Assembly: GCA_964514585.1 (NCBI GenBank)
Contig: CAZETU010000003.1
Location: 64,001-128,000, forward strand
Direction of reading: 5' to 3'
Source: Candidatus Woesearchaeota archaeon
Lineage (GTDB): Archaea > Nanobdellota > Nanobdellia > Pacearchaeales > GW2011-AR1
DNA length: 64,000 nucleotides
This document shows positions 1 to 9,847 of the stretch, piece by piece. The stretch's first letter is position 1. Each line of letters begins with the position of its first letter. The notes below the pieces were generated by a model. That model was not told the DNA's origin and did not search any database. It saw only the letters and a list, made by a program, of their open reading frames with translations. The translations under genes and the position numbers were made by a program.

Positions 1-1
1 T

Positions 2-574
2 TATAATTTAAAGAAGGAATTGGAGAAAAGGTTTGGGGTTTCTGCTGTGGTCAAGAATGATGCGGATTGTGTTGCTTTTGCTGAGTTGGAGCTTGGTTGC
101 AAAAAGAAGAATTTTATTTTATTGACTCTTGGGACGGGGATTGGTGGCGGAATAATTATGGATGGAAAGCTTTATCGAGGAGAAGGTTATGGTGGTGAGT
201 TGGGTCATATAATTTTGGATCATGGTAAAAATTTTGAGGAGTTAGCTGCTTCGAAGAGACTGGGGAGATTGACGAAGAAAACTTTTGGGAAGAAAATGTT
301 GTTTAGTGACTTGATGAGGATGGAAGATGCTAGGGCGAAGAAACTTCTTTATGAGTTTACTGAATATTATGGGCAGGGAATTGCGTCGCTGATTCATTGT
401 TTTGATCCTGAGGCCGTTATTTTGGCTGGAGGAGTTAGGGAATGTGGAGATGATTTTTTGAAAATGATTAGGAAGCACTCTCAGAAATATTTTCGATTGC
501 CTAAGAAAACACCGATTCGTTGGAGTAAATTAAATCATCCGGGAGTGTTGGGGGCGAGTTTGTATTTAGAATGA
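2..574 (+). CDS. ROK family sugar kinase, 5'-truncated by the window edge
   Basis: NDADCxAFAE, LTLGTGIGGGII and GELGH motifs; the frame is open back to base 2, so the ORF-track TTG at 20 is probably internal. Confidence 0.9.
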   Translation, partial: YNLKKELEKRFGVSAVVKNDADCVAFAELELGCKKKNFILLTLGTGIGGGIIMDGKLYRGEGYGGELGHIILDHGKNFEELAASKRLGRLTKKTFGKKMLFSDLMRMEDARAKKLLYEFTEYYGQGIASLIHCFDPEAVILAGGVRECGDDFLKMIRKHSQKYFRLPKKTPIRWSKLNHPGVLGASLYLE

Positions 575-1440
575 GCGTGAAAAAAGTTCGGGCGCCGATT
601 AGGGTAGATTTTGGTGGTGGGACTACTGATATTTATCCGTTTACACATACGCATGGCGGGGCTGTTTTGAATTGTGGGATTGATCGTTATGTCGTTGGTA
701 AACTTGTTGCTACGGATGAAAGTGTTCACTTGGAATATACTGGCAATTCTCCGACTTCGAGTGGGCTTGGAACTAGTGGAGTTATGAATTTGGTTTGGTT
801 GGCGCTGATTAGTCAGATTAAGATGAAGAGGAAGGGTGGAGTTTCTTATAAAAATCGAATGGAGTTAGCCGCTAAGGTTTATGGGATTGAGCAGTCGATG
901 GGTTTGGTTGGCGGGAAACAGGATCAGTATGCTGCGGCTTTTGGTGGGATTAATTATATTGAGTTTAATGGGGATGAGGTTAAGTTGGAGCAATTGAAAT
1001 TGTCGTCGGCCTTTGTGAAAAAACTTGAGAGTAAGTTAGTTTTGGTTTATACTGGTAAGCCGCATTTTTCTGGGAGTACAAATAAATCTATGATGGATGA
1101 TTTGAAGAAGGGTAAGAATACTGGGAATCTTGTTCGGATTAAGGGGATTGCCAAGGAAATGAGAGATGCCTTGAAGAAAGAAGATTTGCATAAGTTTGCG
1201 TCGTTGATGAATGAAGAAACTGAAGAGAGAAAGAAGTTACATAAGGGTATTGTTGGGTCGCAGTTACAAAAGTTTATTGACAAGGGTTTTAAGAATGGTG
1301 TGATTGCTGCGAAGGTTTGTGGAAGTGGTGGCGGTGGGAGTGTTTTGTTTTTTACGGATGAGAGAGATCGGTTAATTAAGGCGTTCGGGGAAAATGTTAT
1401 AGATTTTAAATTTGATTTTGGGGGATTGTCATGGGTGTAA
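571..1440 (+). CDS. GHMP kinase, HddA/heptose-7-phosphate kinase-like sugar kinase
   Basis: RAPIRVDFGGGTTD, PTSSGLGTSG, GKQDQYAAAFGG, KVCGSGGGG. Confidence 0.85.
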   Translation: MSVKKVRAPIRVDFGGGTTDIYPFTHTHGGAVLNCGIDRYVVGKLVATDESVHLEYTGNSPTSSGLGTSGVMNLVWLALISQIKMKRKGGVSYKNRMELAAKVYGIEQSMGLVGGKQDQYAAAFGGINYIEFNGDEVKLEQLKLSSAFVKKLESKLVLVYTGKPHFSGSTNKSMMDDLKKGKNTGNLVRIKGIAKEMRDALKKEDLHKFASLMNEETEERKKLHKGIVGSQLQKFIDKGFKNGVIAAKVCGSGGGGSVLFFTDERDRLIKAFGENVIDFKFDFGGLSWV

Positions 1441-2525
1441 AAGTTAAACGGAAGTTGCTTATGGGTCCCTCTAAGAATAAGTGGGAGGCTCGAGCTGTTT
1501 TGAATCCAGCGGTTGTGCAGGACAAAGATGGAACCGATCATATTTTTTATAGAGCGGTTGCAAAGAATTGGGTTTCGAGTATTGGTTATGCGAAAGTCAA
1601 GAATGGGAAAGTTGAACGATTTAATGAGCCTTTGTTGAGTCCGACAAAAAGTTATGAGAAGATGGGGCTTGAGGATCCGCGGGTTACAAAGATTGGAGAT
1701 ACTTATTATATGTTGTATACGGCGTTTGATGGAGCCGATGCAAGGATTGCTTATGCGGTTTCGAAGGATTTGAAGAAATGGAAGAGGAAGGGAATTATTA
1801 GCCCAAGTGTTCCTGTGAGAGATGCTCGGAAGTTGGTTAAGATTAAGAAATATCGAGATAAGTGGAAAGGTCAAGAAGTTGGTGGATCGCGAGATGCACT
1901 TTGGGATAAAGATGCTGTTTTATTTCCGAGGAAGATTGGTGGGAAGTTTGTGATGTTGCATAGGTTTTTGCCGGATGTTCAGATTGTTAAGTTTAAGAAT
2001 TTTTCAGAATTAAAGAGTAATCAGTTTTGGAAGAAATATATTGGTAATTTAAGTGAGGGCAGGGATGATGTTTCTTTATATCGACGGTATAGTTGGGAGG
2101 ATCAGCATATTGGAGCTGGGGCGCCTCCGATTGAGACGAAGAAAGGGTGGCTTTTGATTTATCATGGGGTTAATTTAAATAGGGAGAAGGCGACGCTTAA
2201 GATGAAAGCGAAGGGATGGTATAATTTTAAGAAATTTCTTTATAAAAATAGAGAGAAAAGGTTGCCTCTGGTTTATCATGCTGGGGCTGCGTTGTTAGAT
2301 TTAAAGAAGCCGGAGATGGAGATAACTCGATTGAAAGAACCTTTGTTTTCGCCGACACATTCTTGGGAGAGGAAAGGGGATGTTAGTAATGTAGTTTTTC
2401 CTGAGGGGGCGACCCTTAATGGGGATAAGTTGAAGATATATTATGGGTGTGCGGATACTAAAATTGGCGTGGCGGAAGTTAGTCTTAAGGAACTTCTTAG
2501 TCATTTGAAGAAGCCGAAGTATTAG
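1431..2525 (+). CDS. GH130 family glycosidase/phosphorylase (PH1107-like)
   Basis: AVLNPAV, GLEDPRV, KDAVLFP, IGAGAPPIETKKGWLLIYHGV, NVVFPEG, YYGCAD. Confidence 0.9.
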   Translation: MGVKVKRKLLMGPSKNKWEARAVLNPAVVQDKDGTDHIFYRAVAKNWVSSIGYAKVKNGKVERFNEPLLSPTKSYEKMGLEDPRVTKIGDTYYMLYTAFDGADARIAYAVSKDLKKWKRKGIISPSVPVRDARKLVKIKKYRDKWKGQEVGGSRDALWDKDAVLFPRKIGGKFVMLHRFLPDVQIVKFKNFSELKSNQFWKKYIGNLSEGRDDVSLYRRYSWEDQHIGAGAPPIETKKGWLLIYHGVNLNREKATLKMKAKGWYNFKKFLYKNREKRLPLVYHAGAALLDLKKPEMEITRLKEPLFSPTHSWERKGDVSNVVFPEGATLNGDKLKIYYGCADTKIGVAEVSLKELLSHLKKPKY

Positions 2526-3587
2526 AATAATTTGTAATTTGGTTTTCCTGTGATTTGGTCTTGTGAGTAATTTTTACAGAGATCTATTAAGATGTCTTCG
2601 TGGGTCACTGCCAAGTTCATGATTGTGTCGCAGCCGCCGTAGTAAATTAGGATTGTTTTGTTTTTCTTTTTTATTGCGCCACAACTGAAGATGACGTTGG
2701 GAACGTGGACATATTCGGTTTCTTTTATTCTGCAATCGGCCTTTGTGGGGAATAGGATGGGGATGTTGGATACTTGGATTTTTTTAGGATTTTTTAGGTC
2801 GTGTAAGGCGACTGATAGAACGTAATTTGTTCCTGCCATTGTTGTTCTTGCTCCGTGGAATATATTTAGCCAACCTTTTTTTGTTTTGATTGGTGTGGCG
2901 CCTGGTCCGATTTTGTCTGAGATGGCACTTGGACCTTTTGGAGATTGAATAACTGGACCTTTTGAAAGAATCCATTTATTTAAATTGAGATTACTGCAGG
3001 TTCCAATGAATATTTGTTTGTATTTTGTTCCGAATTCTTTTTTTGAATCGTTTAACCTAAATAGAGCGTAATATTTGTTGTTGATTTTTTCTGGGAAAAT
3101 GACTGCGTTTCTTGATTTTTCGTTTGTCATTGGTCCGAGTCGTAAGAATTTTTTGAAGTCGCGTGTTTTTGCTAAACAGACTCTTGGTTTGTTTTTGTTG
3201 GTGTAGCCGCTATAGGTTATGTAATAGGAGTTGTTTATTTTTACGATTCTTGGGTCTTCGATGCCGCCGAGTTCATAGGTTTTTTCTGGAACCATAGTTG
3301 GTCCTTCGCTTATTTTCCATTTGTCGATGCCATTTTTGCTTATTGCGGTACCTAAGACGGAGATTCCATTTTTCAAGTGGCTTCTGAAAAGTATTAGTAT
3401 TTTACCGTCGTATTCTGTGATCCCTGCGTTGTGAACTGTTTTTACTTGGAATTTGGTATCTTTCCAAACATCATTGACTTGCCTCGGTGTTATTATTGGA
3501 TTTTTCTTGAGGCGATAAACAGGTTTATTAGAATTAAGAGTTATATTTCTGTTGTTGAATTTTACTTTTTTGGTTAAAATTTTGCAC
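2522..3587 (-). CDS. Second GH130 family protein; the homologous frame extends about 70 codons upstream of the ORF-track TTG (3376) with no in-frame canonical start
   Basis: GIEDPRI, RNAVIFP, IGPGATPIKTKKGWL, PNVIFSCG; the upstream in-frame sequence reads KKNPIITP...TVHNAGITEYDGKILILFRSH. Confidence 0.8.
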
Positions 3588-3593
3588 CTTTTT

Positions 3594-4634
3594 TTATTTA
3601 TCTTTATCTTTTAGAGTCAAGATTTTATTATAAACCTTTAGATATCCTTCGACCATTTTTTCAACGCTGAATTTTTCGACCGCTTCGATTCGGCAATCGA
3701 TTCTATTAATGTTGTCGATTTTTTTTACTGCTTCTACGGCTTCATCGATGTTATTTACTATAAATCCCGTTTTTCCGTCATTAATGACTTCCTTTATTGA
3801 TCCTTTGTCAAATCCGATTACGGGAGTTCCGCAAGCGAATGATTCTGGCATTATTAATCCAAATCTTTCGGGGCGCATTACTGGATGAAGTGTTGCAAGA
3901 GCATTGCCAAGCAATTCGTTTCTTTTTTCTGGGTTTACGGGTCCAATGAATTTTATTTGTTCTCCGTCGATAAATGGTTCGATATATTTTTTGAAGTAAT
4001 CTTTTTCCTGAATTATTCCGGCGATAATTAATTTTTTGTTTGATTTTTTGGCTATTTGGATGCATTCATATGTTCCTTTTTCGTAGCAAATTCTTCCGAG
4101 AAAAACTAAGTAGTCTCCTCCAGCGGGGTTGTAGTTGAATTCGTCTATATTGATTCCATTGTGAACTGTGTCGACGTAGTCTAGTTTTTCATGTCTATCT
4201 GAATCGCTTATGGAAACATAGTGTGTGTTTTCGTTATATTTTTCGTAGATTGGGTAGATTTCTGGAGAAGAGAATCCGTGAATTGTTGTGAGAATTGGAG
4301 TCTTTGTGAGTTTAGAAAATGTTAGGGGGGTGAAGTCGAAATGATTGTGGATTATATCGAAATCATCGGCACGTTCAAAAATTTCTGAGATATGTAAGAG
4401 TCGCCAGACGTCTGAGTTGATTGATTTGTCTTCTTCGTATCCTGTGTGACATACTGCGTGTAAATCTCCTTCAGTGATGCTTTCTTTTGTTGCGAATAAG
4501 GTTACTTCGTGGCCTCTTTTTACTAGTCCTTCTGCTATATTACTTGCAACTAATTCCCATGGACCGTAATCTCTTGGAGGAGTTCTCCAGGCAATTGGAG
4601 ACAGAATAGCAATTTTTAATTTTTTTCTTTCCAT
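3594..4634 (-). CDS. Glycosyltransferase family 4
   Basis: PPRDYGPWE, FLGRICYEKG, ERFGLIMPESFACGTPVI. Confidence 0.92.
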   Translation of the reverse strand: MERKKLKIAILSPIAWRTPPRDYGPWELVASNIAEGLVKRGHEVTLFATKESITEGDLHAVCHTGYEEDKSINSDVWRLLHISEIFERADDFDIIHNHFDFTPLTFSKLTKTPILTTIHGFSSPEIYPIYEKYNENTHYVSISDSDRHEKLDYVDTVHNGINIDEFNYNPAGGDYLVFLGRICYEKGTYECIQIAKKSNKKLIIAGIIQEKDYFKKYIEPFIDGEQIKFIGPVNPEKRNELLGNALATLHPVMRPERFGLIMPESFACGTPVIGFDKGSIKEVINDGKTGFIVNNIDEAVEAVKKIDNINRIDCRIEAVEKFSVEKMVEGYLKVYNKILTLKDKDK

Positions 4635-4654
4635 GATTAGTTGTGATGAGGAGT

Positions 4655-6877
4655 TTACTCACTCTCTTTTTTTATTTCTTCGATTGCGAGACGTGCCATA
4701 AGATAGGAAAGTGTTGATTCAGCCCCCTGATTCATGTTTAGGTTGTATTTTCCTATTCCGTCGAAGCAGCCGCCTGTGCTTTCATCGTATACCATTTGAT
4801 TAAGGTGGTTGTTTCCGAAGAACCAGTGGATTGATTGAATTGCGTTTTGATGATATTCTGAATTTTTAGTTACTGTGAAGGCGGTTAAGTATGTATGGAC
4901 TAATGAAGAGGCGTCTACTGGTTGTTGGTCGTAGAGGGCCCGTTTTCCATTTCTTTTGAACCAGCCGTTTTGGCCGATTAGGCAAATTTTGCTATCGACG
5001 AATACTAATTCTGTTAGAAATTTTAGGGATTTTTCTGCTATTTTGAGGTACTCTTCATTTTGAGTTATGTCGTATGCGAGGTAGAGTGCTTCTGGGAGTT
5101 TTGAGTTTGAGTAGGACAGGACTTCTTCGAACCAGTGCCAGTCTTCGGCGCTTTCAAGGTGGTATCTTTGGACGAGGTAGTTTGCTAATCTTTGGATTAG
5201 TGCTAAGATTTCCTTGTTTTGTCCTTTTTGGTAATAGTGATATAATCCTATGATTGAGAATGCGACAGCTCTTGGGGATTTGATGTCGGCGAGAAATCCT
5301 AGGGATTTTCTTATAAGTTGTTCTGATTTGTGTATCATTTCTTCGTCATCTGATTTATTTGTTGTATAACCCAATGCCCATATTGTTCTTCCGAATGAGT
5401 CGTCGCTGTGTGGATCAAGTAGTTCGTTTTCGTTTTTGAAATTGTTTTGAAAATTTCCGTATTTGTCTTGGCATTGTTTGATGAAATTTAGGTATATTCT
5501 TGAGAGCTCTAGTGATTCTTGGGAGTCGAAGAGCTTGGAGTGTAGGACTGCGGCCATTAGGGCTCGGGAATTGTCGTCTATTGTGTATCCTGATGAATCG
5601 TCTGGTTCGGCGTGGTTGCAGAATTGTAGCATTCCGAAGTCGTCTGTCATTCTGATTAGATGGTCTAGTTTTATTTCTGGGAGATTTTCTATTGTTTTGT
5701 CTTGGAGTTTTAGAACTTTGTTGAATAATTTTCCGTAGCTAATTGCGACGTTTTGCCATGTCATGCGTCTGCTGTATGCGTATGCGTTTCTTTCGATTAG
5801 TTTTTTATAATTTGGGTTTGATAGGACTGTATTTATTGCTGTTGCGTATGATTCTGGGTCTTTTTCTTTGGCTATAACTCCTCGGTCTTGGGCTAGGAAT
5901 TCTTTTGCATATTCTATTGGGGAGGAAACTACTACTTTTCCGCATCCCATTGCGTATGATAGAGTTCCGCTTACGATTTGTTTTGTGTCGATATTTGTAC
6001 ATACGTAGATGTCGCTTGCTGTGAGGTATTCTATAAGTTCTTGAAGGGATAGGAATTTGTTGAAGAATTTGACGTGGTTTTTTAGACCGAGTTTTTCGAT
6101 TTCTGCCATTAGCTCTCTTCGGTAAGATTCGCCTTCTTCTCTTTGGATAACTGGATGAGTTTCTCCTATTATTATGTATAAAACGTCGGGATGCTCTTCT
6201 ACTATTTTTGGCATGGCCCGGATCATATATTCAATTCCTTTGCCTCGACTTAGTAGTCCGAATGTCGAGATAATTGTTCTGTTCCCGAAGTGAATTTTTT
6301 GTTTTGCCAATTCCGAACTTCTAAATGGAACGCTTGGAATTCCGTGTGGGATGAAGTGAAGTTTCTCTCTGTCTATTTCATAATCGTTTACTAGGATTTC
6401 GATTGCTTTATTTGCCATGACGACTGCGGTTGATGATTTTTCACATAGGGATTTAATAATTCTTTTAACTGCAGTGTTTGGGGTTGGGAGGACTGAGTGG
6501 AAGATGACTACAATTGGTTTTTCGATTAATTCAAGGAATGGAATTATGTGGTTTCCATATTCGCCGCCGAAAATTCCGAATTCGTGTTGGATGCAGATTA
6601 ATTTGATTTTGTCATTTTCATTGATTTCTTTGGCTTTTTGGATGTAATCGTCGATATCGTCTTTATTTATTTCGATTATTACGTTTTGGTCATAATTGTA
6701 GATATTAGCATCTTCGTTTAAAGCAATGATTCTGGACTTTAGTCCTGGTTCGAAATTTCGGTTCATTGCGGAGGATAAATCTTTGGTAAACGTAGCTATT
6801 CCGCACTCTTTTGGTGGATAATTCCCCAAAAAGCATATCGTTTGACTGTTAGGTTCATCATCGTCTCCTTCTTCCAT
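4655..6877 (-). CDS. GT4 glycosyltransferase fused to a C-terminal (alpha/alpha)6 glycosidase-like domain
   Basis: GNYPPKECGIATFT, QHEFGIFGG, TFGLLSRGKGIE, SGTLSYAMGCG; then RMTDDFGMLQF...YTIDDNSRAL...DQQPVD...NMNQGAESTL. Confidence 0.85.
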   Translation of the reverse strand: MEEGDDDEPNSQTICFLGNYPPKECGIATFTKDLSSAMNRNFEPGLKSRIIALNEDANIYNYDQNVIIEINKDDIDDYIQKAKEINENDKIKLICIQHEFGIFGGEYGNHIIPFLELIEKPIVVIFHSVLPTPNTAVKRIIKSLCEKSSTAVVMANKAIEILVNDYEIDREKLHFIPHGIPSVPFRSSELAKQKIHFGNRTIISTFGLLSRGKGIEYMIRAMPKIVEEHPDVLYIIIGETHPVIQREEGESYRRELMAEIEKLGLKNHVKFFNKFLSLQELIEYLTASDIYVCTNIDTKQIVSGTLSYAMGCGKVVVSSPIEYAKEFLAQDRGVIAKEKDPESYATAINTVLSNPNYKKLIERNAYAYSRRMTWQNVAISYGKLFNKVLKLQDKTIENLPEIKLDHLIRMTDDFGMLQFCNHAEPDDSSGYTIDDNSRALMAAVLHSKLFDSQESLELSRIYLNFIKQCQDKYGNFQNNFKNENELLDPHSDDSFGRTIWALGYTTNKSDDEEMIHKSEQLIRKSLGFLADIKSPRAVAFSIIGLYHYYQKGQNKEILALIQRLANYLVQRYHLESAEDWHWFEEVLSYSNSKLPEALYLAYDITQNEEYLKIAEKSLKFLTELVFVDSKICLIGQNGWFKRNGKRALYDQQPVDASSLVHTYLTAFTVTKNSEYHQNAIQSIHWFFGNNHLNQMVYDESTGGCFDGIGKYNLNMNQGAESTLSYLMARLAIEEIKKESE

Positions 6878-7092
6878 GGAGATACGAATTTTTGACGATT
6901 TATAAGTGTTATCGGGGTCGAGTTTTTTAGGGAAAGGTTTATTAAGAATGTCGTGCTTTTCGAGTAAGGTCGATGTTTTAATTAGTTTTTCACTGGGTTT
7001 TAGTAATAAGATAATCTTAAATAATAATTTTGCTGTTTGTTATTCTCCTCGGAAGATTATTTTAAGTAATTCTTGAAAGGGGGTATAAATAT

Positions 7093-8106
7093 ATGAATAA
7101 TAAATTATTATTGAGTGCGACGACGTTTTTGATATTGGTTTTAGCTACGGGTTTCGTTATGGCTGATACTTTGACTATTTCTAGCGATGATACTATGGAA
7201 TGGTCTGCTGATGGTGCTAACTGGAATTCAACTTTTGATACATGGGTTCATTCTGCTTGGCCTACTATTGCTGGTGCTTCGTGGATTTGGAGGACTTCTG
7301 TGACTGATCCTGTTTGGGAATATAACAATGTTCCAGATGGAGGTTGGTATTTTAGGAAGACTTTTGATATTCCGGAATGTGTTGATGAAGATAATATGAC
7401 TGGGACCATGACTGCGGCTGCGGATAATGCATATAGAATGTCATTTAATAGTGTTGATATGGGTGGTCGAGGAATTATGGATAAGGATGGTCCAGATGCT
7501 CAGAGCTGGAAATTAGAGAAGACTTTTAATCTTACGGGCTTAGTTACTGGAGAAAATACTATTGAATTTAGAGCCTTGAATTATTTTAGGACTGGTAGTT
7601 CTTCGAGTAATCCTGCTGGACTGATTTTTCAGATACAAATTGACCTTCCAATTACAGATGGCGACGATGATGGCGTTAGTGATTGTGATGATATCTGTGA
7701 AGGATATGATGACAATCTAGATGCTGACGGCGATGGTATTCCAGACGGATGTGATAACTGTCCAACAAATGCTAATCCAGACCAAGCTGATGTAGATCAG
7801 GATGGTATTGGAGATGTTTGTGACGGTATTTGTAGTGAGACTGTTGAAAATGCTGCATTTTTGAGATTTGGTACGAACCGATGGATTTTTGATAGTACTA
7901 CTAGCGATTTTGTGACCAATTCTCCTAAAGGGAAGGGTCCAAAGAAGTTCTATACTGTTGAAGATACACAAGGTTGTAGCTGTTCTCAAATACTTGACTG
8001 GTTAAATGAATATGATCCAGAAGAGTTTGGCGAGATGAGGGGTCATTACAAGTTTGGTTGTAGCTCAAGTATTATGGATGCATTCTTAGAATTAACATCT
8101 AATTAA
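7093..8106 (+). CDS. Secreted protein: beta-sandwich (carbohydrate-binding-like) domain, thrombospondin type-3 Ca-binding repeats and a Cys-containing C-terminal domain
   Basis: Signal peptide; [39 protein letters not shown]. Confidence 0.7.
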   Translation: MNNKLLLSATTFLILVLATGFVMADTLTISSDDTMEWSADGANWNSTFDTWVHSAWPTIAGASWIWRTSVTDPVWEYNNVPDGGWYFRKTFDIPECVDEDNMTGTMTAAADNAYRMSFNSVDMGGRGIMDKDGPDAQSWKLEKTFNLTGLVTGENTIEFRALNYFRTGSSSSNPAGLIFQIQIDLPITDGDDDGVSDCDDICEGYDDNLDADGDGIPDGCDNCPTNANPDQADVDQDGIGDVCDGICSETVENAAFLRFGTNRWIFDSTTSDFVTNSPKGKGPKKFYTVEDTQGCSCSQILDWLNEYDPEEFGEMRGHYKFGCSSSIMDAFLELTSN

Positions 8107-8146
8107 ATCAAATTTTTATTTTTTTTTATTTTATTTTGAAAGAGAA

Positions 8147-8908
8147 TTATTCTTCGGGTTCGCTTGCGATGAATGCCCACCATGGTTTTTTTATCTTGAT
8201 TACTTCACCGTTTTCAGCGTCTACTTGTGCCTGGACTTTCATTTTGGTCTTGAATATTCCTAAAATTTTTGAATGTCTTTTTATTTGTAATTCGTAAGCT
8301 AGTTGTTTATTCTTTCCGACTTCTTTGAGTTCGATAGTACAATTGTTTTCTTCGGAGCATACTCTTAATCTTAATCTTTCGAGTGCTCTTTGTCTAGCTG
8401 TTTCTGGCATTATTTTTATTTCTTTTTTGAGGCCGTTTTTCATTTTGACTTTTAATTTGGAGGTTCCGTTTTCTGTTTCTTCTTCGATTTCGAGCTCTGT
8501 TTCTATTCTAATTTCTCCGAATAAAAGTTCCATTCTATTTTGGGCTAGTTCTCTAACTCTTACGGTTTCTCCGTTTTCTAGTGTGACCTCTCCTGCTCTA
8601 ACCCTTCCTCTGATATATTGCCCTAATCCTCTCTTTGTTTTGTTTATTTTGTCTTTATCATTATCAGTTTCGTTTTCATCATGGTCAACTTCTTTACATT
8701 CATATTCTGGGCAACATTCGCCTAAGTCTTCTTCTTCTAAAATTTCATAATCTTCACATGTAGGCGGTTGACACACTCCTTCACATGTATCTGTTTCGTT
8801 ATCTTCAGTTTCATTTGCTTCTACAGTGCTATTTTCTGCTAAAACTAGTTGGAAGCTTAGAAGGATAACTAATAATCCTAAAATTAGTGCAAATACCTTG
8901 TTTGCCAT
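8147..8908 (-). CDS. Secreted hypothetical protein with a C-terminal domain ending PWWAFIA
   Basis: Signal peptide, Cys-rich/acidic linker, C-terminal VDAENGEVIKIKKPWWAFIA. Confidence 0.7.
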   Translation of the reverse strand: MANKVFALILGLLVILLSFQLVLAENSTVEANETEDNETDTCEGVCQPPTCEDYEILEEEDLGECCPEYECKEVDHDENETDNDKDKINKTKRGLGQYIRGRVRAGEVTLENGETVRVRELAQNRMELLFGEIRIETELEIEEETENGTSKLKVKMKNGLKKEIKIMPETARQRALERLRLRVCSEENNCTIELKEVGKNKQLAYELQIKRHSKILGIFKTKMKVQAQVDAENGEVIKIKKPWWAFIASEPEE

Positions 8909-8975
8909 GATTTTGTTTAGGCTTTTTGACTTATAAGTGTTTGTAAATGTTTAAGTATTATTTTATGTTTGGAAT

Positions 8976-9845
8976 TTGATGAATCCTATTGAGAAAATAA
9001 AGCGAGATCATGAGGACATTGAGCGGGAATTGATTGAACTTGAGACGATTATGGAAACGGATAATATTAATTATTCTAATTTGGTTCATGTTCTTCGGAA
9101 GTTGCATGATATGTGGGATGATCATGAGGAGTTTGAGGTTGTTGTTTTTAATGATTTGAAGAATAGAGGTTATGAGATACCTATTGAGAAAATTTTGTTT
9201 GAGCATGGAAATTTTGCTGAGCATCGAGAGAAAATTATTAGAGCTATTGAGTCTGGGAGTGAGACTGGTGTTAAGGCGAGTTTGTTTGATGATGGTAAAT
9301 TTATAATTGAAAAAATTAGGGCACATAAGGATTTTGAGGATGAGTTATTGTATACGATTCCTGATGATATTTTTAATGTGAGTTATAATGATGAGGATTT
9401 AGTTGATGGTCACCATGGAGTTTCTGCTGTTATTAGAAATAGCGAGGGTCATGTTCTGATGCAGGATCATGTTAAGTTTGGGTTTTGGACTATTCCTATT
9501 GGCAAGGCTGATATTGGTGATGACCCTATTGAGGGTTTGAAGAGGGAGATTCTGGAAGAGTGTAATTTGGTTGTTGAAGATGTTCGGGAGATTGTTGCTA
9601 GGGATCAGGTTTATTTTAGAGATGGAAAGAAGGTTAATGTTGTTGTTCATGTTTATGGGGTCTTAGTTCATTCTGGCGAATTAAAAAATAATGAACCATA
9701 TAAACATCGGGAGCAGAAATTTATTCCTGTTGATGAAATAGCTAAGTTTCCCTATTTATCTGATTCAACTGTTTTGTTTTTGGATAGTATTGGGATTGTT
9801 CGGGGCTTTAAGTTAGGAAGCGAGAAGAGGTTTAGCTGGGAGTAG
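8976..9845 (+). CDS. Hemerythrin-like domain fused to a NUDIX hydrolase
   Basis: His/Glu helical pattern DHEDI...HDMWDDHEEFE...EH...HKDFED; NUDIX box GKADIGDDPIEGLKREILEECNL. Confidence 0.7.
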   Translation: MMNPIEKIKRDHEDIERELIELETIMETDNINYSNLVHVLRKLHDMWDDHEEFEVVVFNDLKNRGYEIPIEKILFEHGNFAEHREKIIRAIESGSETGVKASLFDDGKFIIEKIRAHKDFEDELLYTIPDDIFNVSYNDEDLVDGHHGVSAVIRNSEGHVLMQDHVKFGFWTIPIGKADIGDDPIEGLKREILEECNLVVEDVREIVARDQVYFRDGKKVNVVVHVYGVLVHSGELKNNEPYKHREQKFIPVDEIAKFPYLSDSTVLFLDSIGIVRGFKLGSEKRFSWE

Positions 9846-9847
9846 GG

